A stretch of 64,000 bases of DNA from Catajapyx aquilonaris (taxonomy: Eukaryota). Location of the stretch: assembly GCA_000934665.2 (NCBI GenBank), contig JYFJ02000533.1, positions 1 to 64,000 of the forward strand, in the 5' to 3' direction. The position numbers and the translations under genes were made by a program. A model generated the notes under the pieces. That model ran no database searches, had not been told where the DNA came from, and saw nothing but the letters and a program-made list of their open reading frames with translations. Shown piece by piece: positions 1 to 13,700 of this stretch. Each line of letters begins with the position of its first letter. Positions within the stretch are counted from its first letter, which is position 1.

Positions 1-915
1 CTAGTGACTTCATGTGAAACCCTCCAGCGAACACCAGAACAGCCTGTTTCCCGCGGATGACCCTTTTTTCCCTCATTAATATTGTTACATGGGCATTAGA
101 CCTAATATCAGCAGGTGCTATTCCCGATTCTCCAGAAAGAGCCAGAAAGCATTTCTTAGCAACGACCTGCTTATAAACAAGCAGCTTGCGCGATTTTTCA
201 AATAACTACTGGTGCCACAGAGTTGGATCACCCTGTATAGCTTTTTGCATCAATGGCTGATAATAATTTATGCCAATATTCTCTTATTTTACAAGTATTT
301 AAAGGAGCCTATTGTTAACAGATCACTTTGGTTGGAAAGTGTTGTTGATGCATCGTATTGTTTTTCCCCCCTTTTAAAAAGTCACTTTCACAAGTGAGTT
401 TGCCTAGTGATCACCCTGAAGAACATGTTTGCATCAATTGCCAAAGGATATTGAATCATTATCAGCAAAATAGCTACATTTTAAAGGTAACTGAGCCATT
501 AACCACACTAACAGTACATCATATCGGAACAAATAATAAGTAACTGGATTATTGCTGGAACAACGGTAGTTGTATTATGAATTCAAGAGGAAAGTGCCAT
601 GAGAGTTTGGTAGGGGAATAATTCCCTGTTATGCTGTTATTTACTTGAATTGAATGGAAAGCAACATCACATATACCAATGTAATTTACATAACCCAAAA
701 GTTGCATCAAGAGTAGAATGACTAACTTCATAGAACATCCATGGGACAACAATAGTTATGTGCCTGTGACACTCTGTACACGATGGTCGATTATACTGCA
801 CTTCCCTGACATGCAAAGGCTGCATTGGTCAATATCTGACATTATTACTAATGACTTGTCAGTCAGGGAACATACAGTAGTTAATCTACTCTTTTGTGAG
901 TTTAAAAAAATCTAA

Positions 916-1182
916 TAATTGAAGACCTTGGGGGAAGAACGATCAAGGTCCACTTTTTGTCAAAAATGAGTTACATATCTCGGAAGACAGTTTCACTAGT
1001 GTAGAATAATTATGATGGTTTGGTCGGGGTTGTGGAGTTATGATCACAGGTCACCATGGAAGAACCCTAAAATAGGATTTACAATAGAACCTTATGGGCC
1101 TTCGAAATTTAAAATGGTAATAGACTATATCAGTTTCACATGAGATGGACCTTGATTGTTTTTCCCTCGAGGTCTTCAATTA
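916..1182. mobile_element. Non-autonomous MITE with 37-bp terminal inverted repeats (Tc1/mariner-like, TA ends)
   Basis: 916-952 (taattgaagaccttgggggaagaacgatcaaggtcca) matches the reverse complement of 1146-1182 with 4 mismatches in 37 nt. TA lies at both outer ends and there is no internal ORF. Confidence 0.75.
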
Positions 1183-2440
1183 CACCTTATACAGGGTCCC
1201 AGAATCTTGTAACTACTTTTCATGAGTGCACGTAGCTTTCCACTGGATCTACTGTAATACACTGGTTTACCAACCCTAGATTTCTGCTTGTTTACTTTTG
1301 AGCTGTTTGAATAATTTGCAGTTTAGCCAATTGAGCAATATAAAGGCAGGCAATGCATGTATGTGAGTCATGTGCGCATTAATAAATTATGGGCTATTAG
1401 CGAAACTACAATACTTCTAGAGCTTTCCTATGACTTGATTGGTTGTCAAGATTGAGTTACTAGTCTTGGAACCATCCAAAACATAATATTATGATAACAT
1501 CAGCCATCAGGGAATGACTGCAACAGGCCCTGCTGCCTCTTGCCACAAACTGCAGCCCCAACTGAGAAAATGCTTTTATTTGAGCCATTTCCCCATCTAT
1601 CAAGTTGTATCATCTGTTGAGATGTGACGTACTGTGATATCTGCGTGGATTTTATTTTCATCTAAAATATTCCACGTGATTGCCAACTCTTCATTGGTGC
1701 ATTGCATTAGGAACACTGGAATGTTCCAAAAATGCTTAAAAACTGTTGGACCTTTGCTCACCTGGGGTAATTATTGACAGTTTATAATACTGCGTCAAGT
1801 GTATTAATTTTCCATATGGAAAAGCGTCCAATCTTCATGTTTCTACCGAATTCACAGGCTACACCTTTTTCTGCACTATAGTGATGAGGGTATCATATCA
1901 TGGCGCTTTTCTATGAGAAATCTACATTCACAGTAGCGATCTTATAATTATACTATGTGTAATCTACAGATACTTTGCAAAGGTCGTGTACAGTATATAC
2001 GAGTTTGCACTGTACGTAATAATCTGGGTACGATAAACTCTTCCCCACTTATAATTAAAAATTTCAAAACATTGTACGCTACTAAGCAATTATTTTCAAG
2101 ACATTGTGTAATATTAATGTGAACATGGGCTAACACAATCATAACATTGACTGCTACTGTACAGTGCAGCGGCTTTCATGCCTTCGACTGCAATAAAAGG
2201 CAACAGGCTACAATAATACTGCAGAAATTAAATTTCTATAATGTACGACAACTGTACCATACTAATTCAGTGTAAATTATACATCATTACCAAGTTTTTA
2301 AATCGTTAATGCAACTTTGTGCTTGTAGTGACAGGCGTTCTGATCATTAAAACGTCGTTGTTTCTGCTCAATTAGTGTAAAAGTGGCATGATATTGAAAT
2401 AACCAAATGCACAAATATTATTGTCACAATAATTGTACTA

Positions 2441-5400
2441 TTAATTAAGCTCATCAGGCACACGATGACCGCAAATCAACGCCTTTTGAGGAATGCATTT
2501 TTGGTTTGTACTCTCATCATCACCATTAGGGTGACATTTTTAAGTTAATCATTTTCGCTTTCTTTGCCTCTCATTCTTGTGCGGTGTGCCCAAACTCACC
2601 TTGTTCTCAATTAGGAAAGCGGCAATTAAAGGCACGCGACATTTACCCTTTACCCGAGGTTTCTTCACTCCGTATAAGAGCAACTTATAAAATCCAAGAT
2701 CAGGAGGCGAGAAGATAATCAGACGAAGCTCCCGTTTGTCCTCTTCCTTCGCAATTATTCCCTGAGAATGAATAACAATTGTATTGTACTGTACTGTACG
2801 TTATTGATCGCAATGAAGCAATTTAAGAAAAATGCTACATTCTAGATGCGTGCAGGGTACCAAAAGCGATAAAAATCACTCCGAAATGCCCCACCCACTT
2901 TGCACATGTGGCATAGTGACTACACGCCACTCATCTAATTGTGATCGGAGACAGAGTGGCGTTTTAAGCAATAATAGATCCCGATTGAATTCGCAATTTC
3001 ACGGGATCGCATGACTCACCCCTTACCACCTACTGTTATTTTTCGAACCTGGATCTAGACAGTGTAATGACCCATTAGAAGCCAGCATTATAACACGCCA
3101 TTCTTGACGTCAACATGATGAGATCACCATTTGTGTAGGACGTACCTTGTCGTCGACTCTTCGTCCATTTGCGTCGTACAGATTGTGCAATGTTAGGAGT
3201 TCCACGCTCTTTCTGAATACCAGACGACGTTTTCCGCCCCATAAGACAATGTTGGCAGAGTAGTGGTTGATGAGGGTGGCGCCCAGAGAGAAAAAGTTGT
3301 AGGTTAAACCCCATGGGAGGTCGTGGGTTGGCCATGGTTGAAGAAAATTCCGAACCTGTATGTGACAGGGGGCGGAAAAAAAATGTTAGATGTGATTGTT
3401 TGGCGACAAAAGGTATGGAACCTTGCGGTCCGAAAGGGCCGGACCTGCACTTGTCAAGGATTTAGTCCATTGTAACAAAAAAAGGGGGGGATAGGGAAAA
3501 ATTACACGGACTCAGTGGGTGGAAAATCTGCGATTTAGCATTATAGCAAATTACACCTTACAAGAACCCAGTCATTCTAGATTCGTTGGGTTTTATCCTG
3601 ATCATATAGGCAACCAACACTCCATCACAGTCATAGTTTATGTTGAGGAGATTTTTCATATGGAAACAAATAAGTTATGACAAATATTTGTGCACTTTTA
3701 ATGATGTTTGTGTAAATGTAAAAACTACTTTAAAATCAAAACCTAATTTCTGCAATTTCAGAGCAGGAAATATCAAAACTTATACTTTGAATCAATTTTC
3801 CTCGTGATTAATTTTCTCGAAACGATCTGTATACCGGTACCCCAAAAAAATTACATTGACATTTAGCAAAATCTACCCGTAAATGTCAAATTCATTAGAC
3901 CTTGCAATATGCTGGACCACACAATATATTGTGAGTACCTTGACGCATCGGAGAGGAAAAGCAGCGACATAGTCAAGAGATGATCCGGTATTAGCAAGCT
4001 CCTTCTCTGGTTTGGCATAAACCCTGAGGACATACTTCCCCAACTTGGGAGGTGCCACTAAGAAACTGCCAGTGAGCCTGTTTTCCTTCAGCAATCGGCA
4101 AAACACATGTCGATTCAGATGTGAGTGTTCCTCCTACACAAAAACAAGCACAAGATGGATCGATTTAATTGGATGTCTCCAAAATAGTGGCAGCGAAGCA
4201 CGCCATTTGGCGATATGTGCACGCCATGCAGCACTTACATCATCTGCAAAGGCCATGTGATACTTGTATCGAAGAGGCTGATCAGCTGCCACAATAATTT
4301 CGGCTTGTTCACGAACCAACAGAGGAAATGACAGCATCGGTTCCACTTTCATTCCAAGAGAAAAGAAGTCTGAAGTCACTTGTGGCAAAGAGTTGAACTG
4401 TTCGAGTGTCCGCGGCTCCGGCAGAAGTTGCCATCTTTGCGATTTAAAAATCAAATTAATGTGCGGCAGGAACACATGCAATGCGTAAATACATACCTGG
4501 AGTAATTTGGTTCCGTGTCGTCGCATGGAAAGTGCATCCAAGCAAATTTTTCTGGATCGGTGAGGAAAAAATGTTCGTCCAGATGACGATGGAAGTGACC
4601 AGCACGGTCTACGTAACCTAACCATAAGGAAAAAAATAGCATCAAAATATTGCATGCATTTAAAAAACTACGACGTACAGTACCTGCAGCAAAGAAGCAG
4701 TCAACGAGCCACCAGGAACCACGGAAGAAGACAGCATTCCATTCGCCTGTCCTTTCGTCGTCTGCCATAAACGCATGTCCCGGAGTGATGTCGTGACTCT
4801 TTGTGAAGCCATGGAGTCTTTTAACTCTTACACCACCAACTTCACACAAAGCTGTGAATAGGGACACGAAATCCGTGCAGGTTCCGCAACGAGACGACAA
4901 TACCTCGTCTGCAGTCCGGTTCTCCGTATGCACACTGTACCTGTGCAAAAATGTAAAGTAATATTTCGATGTTCAGCTTTGCTGTGATGTAAACCTTACG
5001 TGAGTTTAGTTGAGGTCCAGAGAAAGAAGGCTCGAACCAAAAGCAAATCATCGTTGAAGCAATGCCTGCTGAAGTAGCCTGCCAGACTGGTAATGTCCAC
5101 TTCAGCTTCAGGTGGCAATGTCTTCGCCGCCTCATCAACACTCCTAATGGATGTCAAGACGGGCAGAGAAGCAGTCCTGTACAATGCCACCTGTTCAAGA
5201 AAGAAGAAGTAATTTTTGACACTTATTGTTGAACATTTCAAATACAACCTTGGTACAGTGAGGAGGCATCACAGCAAAACGAACAACGTCGTCGTCCTGC
5301 TTCTCGCCATTGTCTGTTTGCACACCAATATCGCAAGTAGTAGGCAACACTGGTTGGCTCGACCCTTCCAGAGCATCTTCTGGTTCTTTCGACACCACCT

Positions 5401-6181
5401 CTGAATCAGGTTCATCATCTGGTGATTGCTCTTGTATTTCCTTGGTTAAATTATTCAGCGATATATGTTTGTCCGGTTGCTCTTCCGACGACGACCTCGA
5501 TATCCCAGGCGAATTTGGTCGAGACAAGTCTTCAACCACTGCCACTCTTGGTGGAGGCGACGTCGGTACGACCACAGGAGTTGTCAGCGACGAAGATTGC
5601 AAATAGACAGTAATAGGCGACGTGTCTGGAACCGGCGAAGGAGGAGACACCGACACAATAGTCCTCGGCGACGGAGACGGAGGCGGTGTAAAACTAGGAC
5701 TGTCGTTACTAACCGCTCCGACGTACTCCGTCTGCACCTCGGTCTGCACCCCAATTTCGACACTCTCTGGAACCACTTGGCACTCTGCATCGCACAAAAC
5801 CAGCTCTAATTGTGTACCACACTCCGCAGTTTCAGGTACCGCGGACACCGCCTTGTCTCTCCATTTCAGTCGTCGTTGAGGCGACGCCGGAAGAGGTATC
5901 GGCTCTTCCACTGTCGTCGTAATAAACGCAAGCTTCGGTGTGCCATGACGTACTCGATCCAACGAGTTATTGCAATGGTTGTTGTTATGTACCTCCGAAG
6001 AGTTGTTAGCACATGAATCAGCGCTTTTGGACCTACCAACATCTCGTAACCGTGCAGGAGACTCCGGAGACTGGTCGTTATTCTTGGTCCGTGGAAAGAG
6101 TTTCCGTCGAGGGTACGGCGTTGGTGAATTGTCCGGAAACTTTCCTCTTCTCCGTGATTCCTGGTCGCGTCTTATCCGCAT
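2441..6181 (-). CDS. KY (kyphoscoliosis peptidase)/hillarin/ltd-1-like protein with transglutaminase-like core and C-terminal KY-type domains, ~768 aa
   Basis: Phase-consistent GT-AG exons: 6181-5249, 5190-5000, 4940-4684, 4617-4497, 4434-4239, 4133-3939, 3355-3146, 2761-2600 and probably 2482-2441 (last exon uncertain). Family motifs: GTCTDFVSLFTALC, LHGFTKS, WNAVFFRGSWWLVDC, LDEHFFLTDPEKF and RWQLLPEPRTLEQFNSLP. An in-frame TAA precedes ATG 6181. The N-terminal ~310 aa are Pro/Ser-rich and look disordered; no LIM domain seen. Confidence 0.88.
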
Positions 6182-9100
6182 TGTTGACCAACTGAAACAC
6201 TCCGCAAAGAATTAATCTCCCGCAGTGTCTGAATCACTGGTCATCTCATGACTGAATGCATGTTTCTCAATGCTTCTCCGCGAGCTTTGCGTGGCCTGTA
6301 CGAATCACGCGCGAAAAACGAAGCCTGACTTGCTGGCATGGTTAAAATTAACGGGTTTAGACAAAAAAAAAGAGCACGTCACTGCACCTGTACAACAAAA
6401 GGTAGGCGTCTGCGCGCACTTGTTACATATAAAGGCAAAGGAAACCATTATTAGAGTGTCAAAATCCAACCCGGATATTAGATTGAACGACGATTTTATT
6501 TGTAGGACATTCAAAGTATCGCATGCGATTTAATGCACAAAGAATAATGAGGTCGTTACACTGCACTGGTGGAATACAGACAATGAACAGAGACAGGGAT
6601 CATCAATGACAATTAAAAGCGATTTTGGGGCAAGAGATCCAGAAAAACATGGCAGAATACTAGGGTTATTCAAGTATGCATTTCCAGTCACACTATACTC
6701 ATTGTTGTTGACATAAAAAGTGCGTACATTTTTATTGATTACTGGTGCATTAGAGGGCAGTTATTCTTGATTCCAATGAGGACAACTTAGTATTGAGATG
6801 AACACTTACCACTCGAATAATGGCATCAGTGTACACTTTGACGTGCACTAGTCTTGATAAGAAGATGGTTACTACCAGTCAAAAATAATAGTGTGAGTGG
6901 AAAGGTGGGGTGATAGGAATTCCGGGCTGGCTAGCCAATTTGGCCATACAGCCCCTCCTTTCCCATTTATTCAACACATATATTTACAACACAAAACAAA
7001 AAGGTGGGGTGGGGTAAACCCTGCTGGTAAACCCCACCGAGAATATCGTTAAGATTATCCTTCAGGACAAACTCAGTTGCAGCAAAATAATTTGTCTCGA
7101 CTGAGTGTTGAGTACTTGACTGATCTGCAATGAAAATGTGCAATGCTCGCGTGTGTATTTGAGCTACACGTACTTGGGCATGTGGCTGCCCAATTTATCA
7201 CAACTACATGTTAGCAAGGTGTCGTGGTAAGGACCACATATGATTCAGTATCTCGTTTCATTCTCTGAAACAATAACGGTATCCACTATGGTCATTTTCA
7301 TTTTAACTCTTGTTTGCTGATAGCCTATGGGGTTACGTAAACTGCACGTAGATCTACTAATATTACCTGATATTACCAACAACACTTACTATCACCAGCT
7401 GTGACTTTGCTGCATTTGATTTTTTTAAGAAGACTAATGAGTTAATAATATTAAGGGCAGTGAAAAGTTCTAAGGTATACAGATTTTTCTGTTCATGTTC
7501 ATATACTCTGACGATTTCCAGATGGTTCTGTATAGATTTATGACCTTTCCTAAGGCGTATTCACGAAAACGCTGCAAAGCTGAAGGAGTAGTTGGCGTGA
7601 CAATGTAAGATATCTGTAAAGTTTCATTCTCATTATTTATTGTGGCAGGCGTGATCAAAATAGTAGGAACGTGATGGTTTTCCAGGAATCCTCCGAGATT
7701 TCGTGCTTGCTGTCGTCTTAAAGCCACTGTGCTATTGTAACCAAAGGCTTGTAATATTGTGATCAGGTTAATATATTTTATTAGGTCTAAAGTTATTCAA
7801 TATGTAGTTATTCCTGCCCGTTGATTCACTTAATGAAAGGATGTCTTCATCATTATAGCCTATAGCTCTACATCACACATTAATAGTGGCACAGTGTTAT
7901 CCTTCGTTCATGACCATTATTTTTATTGCAGCCTACTGCTTCCATTTAAAATTGAAAGATAAACATTGAAAGCATATTTTCCCCATAAAATCTTCAGCCT
8001 TACCGACGCGTGCCTGAAATTACTTTTAGTAAACTAGACCAACGGAAGTGGTGGAAAAGACGACCGGTAAATACGGCCCGGGCTACGCAGAAGTAGCGTG
8101 CGGAGTAATGTAAGCATCTACACTAGAGCAATGAACTGGCCTCAATAAGAGTGTTAACTCGCTTGCTTGCAAAATGCTTGCCATGAGATGCGATTATTTT
8201 CTATCCTCCTGTCTATGGCCCAAGCTGTGTTCGGTCATGCCAAATAAATTGGGGGCTTTGGGGCATGGAAAATATGATACGTAATCACTTCTTCAGTATT
8301 TTAATCAAGTAAAATCACATTGGTTTCACGATGTAAAAAAAGCAATCTTGATTGCATGAATATCAGAATATTTTTCTAGTAAAATATGAATGACACTGCA
8401 TTAGGATACTTGCATATTGCTCGCTGAATGGAAAGTTCCCAATTACTCACTCATGCCTCACAAGGTATTCGGAACTTTCTTCCTGTCGCCAGCGTCCAAG
8501 AGATGGATTGACCGTAGGCGTTTCCATCCCGGTGTCCTAAGGTGAAAGTGACCCATTCAGGTGATAAACACGAGAGATTATCGTTGACGGAACATGTTGG
8601 AGTACAGATACTTTATTTTCTCTCCTGGTCGATTCTGGAATATGTTTCGTGGTAAACTGGTTAGAGTTCATATTACCGCTCACATTTCCATGCAAAATGT
8701 TGACACCTGCATTTCTCATGGGCAAGTTATGTTGCATTGTTCGTAATGGTGTAACATGTGAAATTAATTCCCAGCATATATCCGGAATATTACGTTCAGG
8801 ACTTGTCATAGTAATGACTGAATATTACGCTAATTTAAACTATGAACGGAATTCAGAAAAGATGTCCTACTTAAACATATCTTTTAAATAATATTAAGTA
8901 AGAACTATACAACCATTCACCAAGGTCATGGGCCGTGTTAATAAATTCTATAATTATTAAATCGCAGGATGGCGTTTAAGTGAACGCATACGGTTTTTAA
9001 CGAGTTTAATTCCGCCCTAAATTTCTGTATCATTTCTTTGCTGGTTTGGTTTACCTCCATCATACAAGTTAATATCAACTCAGGTGGTCCTAGTTAGTAC

Positions 9101-10249
9101 TCCTCAGTACGTGATTCACGCTTATTTTATCTGTAATAGAAAAATAATTCAATTAACCCAGTTTTAACTTAATGTTTTGGCGGGGAAACTTCCGGTAGCT
9201 GCTCGAATCTTCTGTCACTTATGCTTTCTTCTTCTTCATTCCTGGACACTTTCCCGTAGATGCTTTTGTCCGAATTACCTTGAAGGTACTCACGCCAGGT
9301 GGGCGGTGAAAGGGTCGAAATACTATACTGTATAGTTTTGTATAGCATGGGTCGGAATGGTGGTCAAGGTTTCAATGACGGACAGAGGGCACAGTATGAA
9401 CCACCTGCGCCATTAGAATTATGACTTGTCCTGTCTCATTGTTTATTTTTGTAATACCACACCTTAGCGCCCAGAGCATACAATCATCTGAATGGAGTGT
9501 TCATGGTCACCTGGGTTGTTGAAGTGATTCGTCAAAGAAAATAGTTGCGCTCTGACTTGGTCTTCACACGTCAAAGTACATTTTAGCGTGAACAATTTGA
9601 AAGATTTGCATCAGGTGACACTCAATAAAGGTTACATTCCAGGGGAAACATGCTTTGGAAATCCCATCACTTTGACAGATCCACCAATTCCGTACCGCAG
9701 TTTAAAAAATTCTGGATAGTCAATATTTAATTTAGCAATATTTGCATACAATTAAATTTCTCGAATAATAAAACAATACCAATACTACCAGTTATAATGA
9801 TGTTAAACTGATTTCTTCTAAATACATACGGTACATACCACTATGTTGTGTATACAGAGAATGTAAGAGTCCTGAAATGCAGCATGCTCTGCTGCAAGAG
9901 TAGCATTACACATTACAATCAATTATTCGAACGTGATAAATTTATTGACATCGACATTGACAAAGTTGCCTTCAAGATCGATCAGCCCAGCATCCGATCA
10001 TATGATACACTTCTGTCCTCTGATTCGATATCAACGACTGTGGTGCTAACAAGCTCGTAAAAGCTTCTGGTGAAATGGTCCATGACCTCGGCCGCATTCT
10101 TGACCTATGCAGCACGGTGTCTTAATTGTGCAACAAAGCCATTGCATTTTGCAACTCCACTGCACTGTCCGATGATGATGGTTATTACGTATCCGTTTTT
10201 ACGTAAAATAATTAGTGCAATCTGCTTTGCTCCAACACCTACGGTAGGC

Positions 10250-10760
10250 CAAGGTTCCAGGACCTTCAAAAAAACTGTTGACGGTCAAGGGCGGTTGCGG
10301 AGGCGGAAGCAAGAAGCTAGGGAGGGCAATGCTTTCTTAAGCCTTCCCCCCCTCTTTTCTACCCTTGGAACTTGGAAGAGTCCCTCAGATGGCCCAGGAA
10401 GAAGTTGGGCCAAGTGGAAGGCTGGAGTAAGCAGAGTCCCGGCCTTGGCGTGGCCGTGAAACTAGGTAGTCCGACCTTCGAGCAGAGTCCCTGCCCCAGA
10501 GTCGGATGGAAGCGGCCTTCCAGCCGGTTACTGCCCCTCAGCCCCTCGGTGAAAATGGGGCTTGGCCATCCTAGCCAAGGTTGGCCCCTGAAGATGCCCT
10601 GGGGTGAGGGACCTTCCCATTTCGGATGGACGGACGCCTCTTCCTGCTGGGCTTACCTGAGGAGTATCAAGGTTCAAGAGCCTTCGTCAAGACCGGTTTC
10701 GGAGGGGGGGGCCAAAGACGAGATGGGCCATTCCTCTGCTTGCCCGTCCCCACTCACGAA
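10250..10760. other. GC-rich island, possible degenerate transposable-element fragment
   Basis: Abrupt rise in GC relative to AT-rich flanks. Its ORFs (10070-10459, 10372-10827) show no recognisable domain, and no termini were identified. Confidence 0.25.
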
Positions 10761-13700
10761 TAATAGAATCGTCCTCATTCAGAATTTTGCGCATCGTCTG
10801 AGAGAGATAAGAGCATTTATACCTTGAGTTGGGTCAAGAACCCTGGTGTCTAATCTCACAGTCAGCGTTCTCCATTTGTTACTTGAAGTGCAACTTATGC
10901 TTAAAATTGACCAGGATACGTCCTTCCTTTGGACATTGTCCGAAACCGAAAGTACAGCACTGAATTAATTGCGGTATGCAGGTGACCATTACTCTTGAAA
11001 ATTCCTAAGGCAATCTAAAATAATAATTAGGCGCTACCTTTAGAAAGTGCTTACTGGAGAAGGACCGCCGCAGTCCATTTCGCGTAATGAACTCTTCAAA
11101 TGTCCATTAAGACCGCATATTTGCTCATCATCAATCACTTGGTGTAGTTATCCTATCAGCCAGGCAACCCATCCTACTTCCCCATGCCCAACGGCCAGAA
11201 ACCGATATAAACCAACAAATCTCTTCATTACACATGTCGCTTACAGGCATTTCCGCGTCAAAAGTGCTCTCATCATGTGTATTGGTCGATCTTTAGGAGA
11301 AAATGTGGTTCCGATAGTATTTTCCAGTAGAATTAAATTCCTGTTGCTACTGGGTGTTCTACTTTCCGATTCTTATCCATTCAGATGATTAGCTGTATCA
11401 CAGTGAGTGAGGCCTACATTTTTTGGAGTCGTGATTTACAGCTAGTCCCCTTGACAGTGGAAAGCGAGTCCCATATTGTGGATGGTCACATCTTCAGTGT
11501 GCAGTATCGATAGACACGATTTATAGACTATTTTGGTAGAAAGTAGCGGAATTATTTGGTGCAGTTGAACGTCCGCTTGACAATACAGAGGATCCTTTAT
11601 GTGGGCAATGACTGGGGTTAACACTATAAAATTGGAGATACTGTGCTACCTTCACGCTCTCACGGTTACACCTATTGTCCATTCATTTTTTGCATCTCGT
11701 AATAACTACAAAATGATACTGTTGGTGGGGGATCACTAATATTTTCTAGGAAAACTACATAGAAACGAGAGGGATATAGAGCAGAATGGTAAACTATTTA
11801 TTAAAGAACTTATTACATTGTTACACAGCAACATGATGGGGAGAACTTTTAAAATAATGCTTCGGGCAGTTTATAAGCACCAGAAAGAACAAGGGTTGCA
11901 GTTCTGTATGCAATGCATTATTTGGAATAAAAGTGTAGCATATTCCTATACCATACTGTTCTGTAGCTACCTGTTCATGTAATACGTAGGATCGAACTTT
12001 CAGGTGAATCTTACGCTTGACTTTTTGATGTGGCGAGGTATGGTGTCTAGGTGCCACTCTGCAGTAAATCTCAGCCATGAAACTGTACATGATTGTCGTT
12101 TAGCCAATAATTGCCCTGTATTCCTGTTTTGAATTCACCTAATTTCATTCTCCCGAACTTGAATGCGAAGGATGTCAACATTTCTCTCGACTAACCCGAT
12201 ACTGAAACGGGGTCTGCAGACACAATGTCTACTCATTTTATTGCCATTGACCCTTCACCTGAGAGTTGAACCCAGCAATCCTATACCGCAAAGAATACTT
12301 TCTCCTCCCATCTATTTCGAGCTGATATGTATGTACAGCAGGGGCTAGGCCATGAATTATTATCATACTACGAACCCTTCTACAAGTTACACGTAACGTT
12401 CCTCATGTAAGGAGAAGCATGTGTCACACACTGTTATGTCAGACTTTCGATCTATGGATAAGGCCGCTGTAAATCAGGTGACCCTTTAGGGAAGGACGAT
12501 CTGCCGCAGTAATCGTTAAACGCCTGTAAAAGGTGGCCTAATATTGGGTCGTTAAGTCGTAAAGCATCACATTATCATTAATTTAGGCCTTTTAGAGTTA
12601 CGACTGTCGTAAGAAAGATACACGTGCGACGAGGAAGTGCATTTCCCATATTACAATTTTGCTAACAACTTTCTGCATTTAAAGTGCAGTATTCAGTGGT
12701 TTAATTTACGTCTCACTTGTTAGTGACAGTGACTTATGAGTCCCGACATCTTTAGGACATGCATACTGACAACGAGAGGAACTTTCCCGCTTTTCAAAAT
12801 TCGATCACCAGAGCGTAACCGTTCAAATTCCTTTCATGAGTAATGTGTTCGGCCATAATGACACTGACTACCACTTGTCCATGTGCAAAAAGAAAATAAA
12901 AAGTATTGACAAAACGGCTACTTGAGCATGCTGTGCCAGATTTCTTTTTTTATTATTGTTGAGGAGTATGGGGGGAAAAAGAAATGTGGGTCAATGTTAT
13001 TACTCTCAGTTCAGTGGTATATGCAGCATGAAACAATATCAGGGGAATCCGGGGTAGAAAAGTCCACCTTCAACGAGGCGTTAAATATGCGACACGAGTC
13101 AAGAAGTGTTCAAGCTTCAATGACGACCTTGAAGACTATACTTTTGGATGCTATAGACTAGTACTTTCCAAAACGGGACAGACACCTGTACCCAATTGAA
13201 AGGTACGTAATGACAGCCATTCCATTTGCATTATTCCAAACATGGGTTTAATGAATGGATATTAGTTACACCTTGGCAAGCTACTAAACTTGAATAGGCA
13301 TGATTGACTTAGTGGAAAATATTAGTGGAACAAGCCCATTAAAATGTACTGTGTAATGTTTTCATAAATACTGTAATAATAAATTGTGTGTTTTTTCGTG
13401 GTCATCATAATACCAACGGGTACTGATTATGATCATAGGTCACGATTATTATTTGTTGAAAGTACAAAAATATATATAACAAAAATGATATATTACTAAT
13501 GATTTGTTAGGGAATTTTCTACTAACATGAGCTGTGCCTGAACGACAAATACATGTTAATATCATGGGACACATTTTCTAAAGAGAGTGACGCAATGGTA
13601 GTACCGATATGGCGACACGATTTTATCTTTTTCCTTCCTTCCTGAGATTTCTTTCACACTACCAGACCTTGGGGATCCTGTCACTGGTGTCTGCAGCCCA

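Noticed and set aside
5216..6215. Many plus-strand ORFs, including an Arg-rich protamine-like one (5465-5809)
   Set aside because: Antisense shadows of the GC-rich, low-complexity first coding exon of the KY-like gene.
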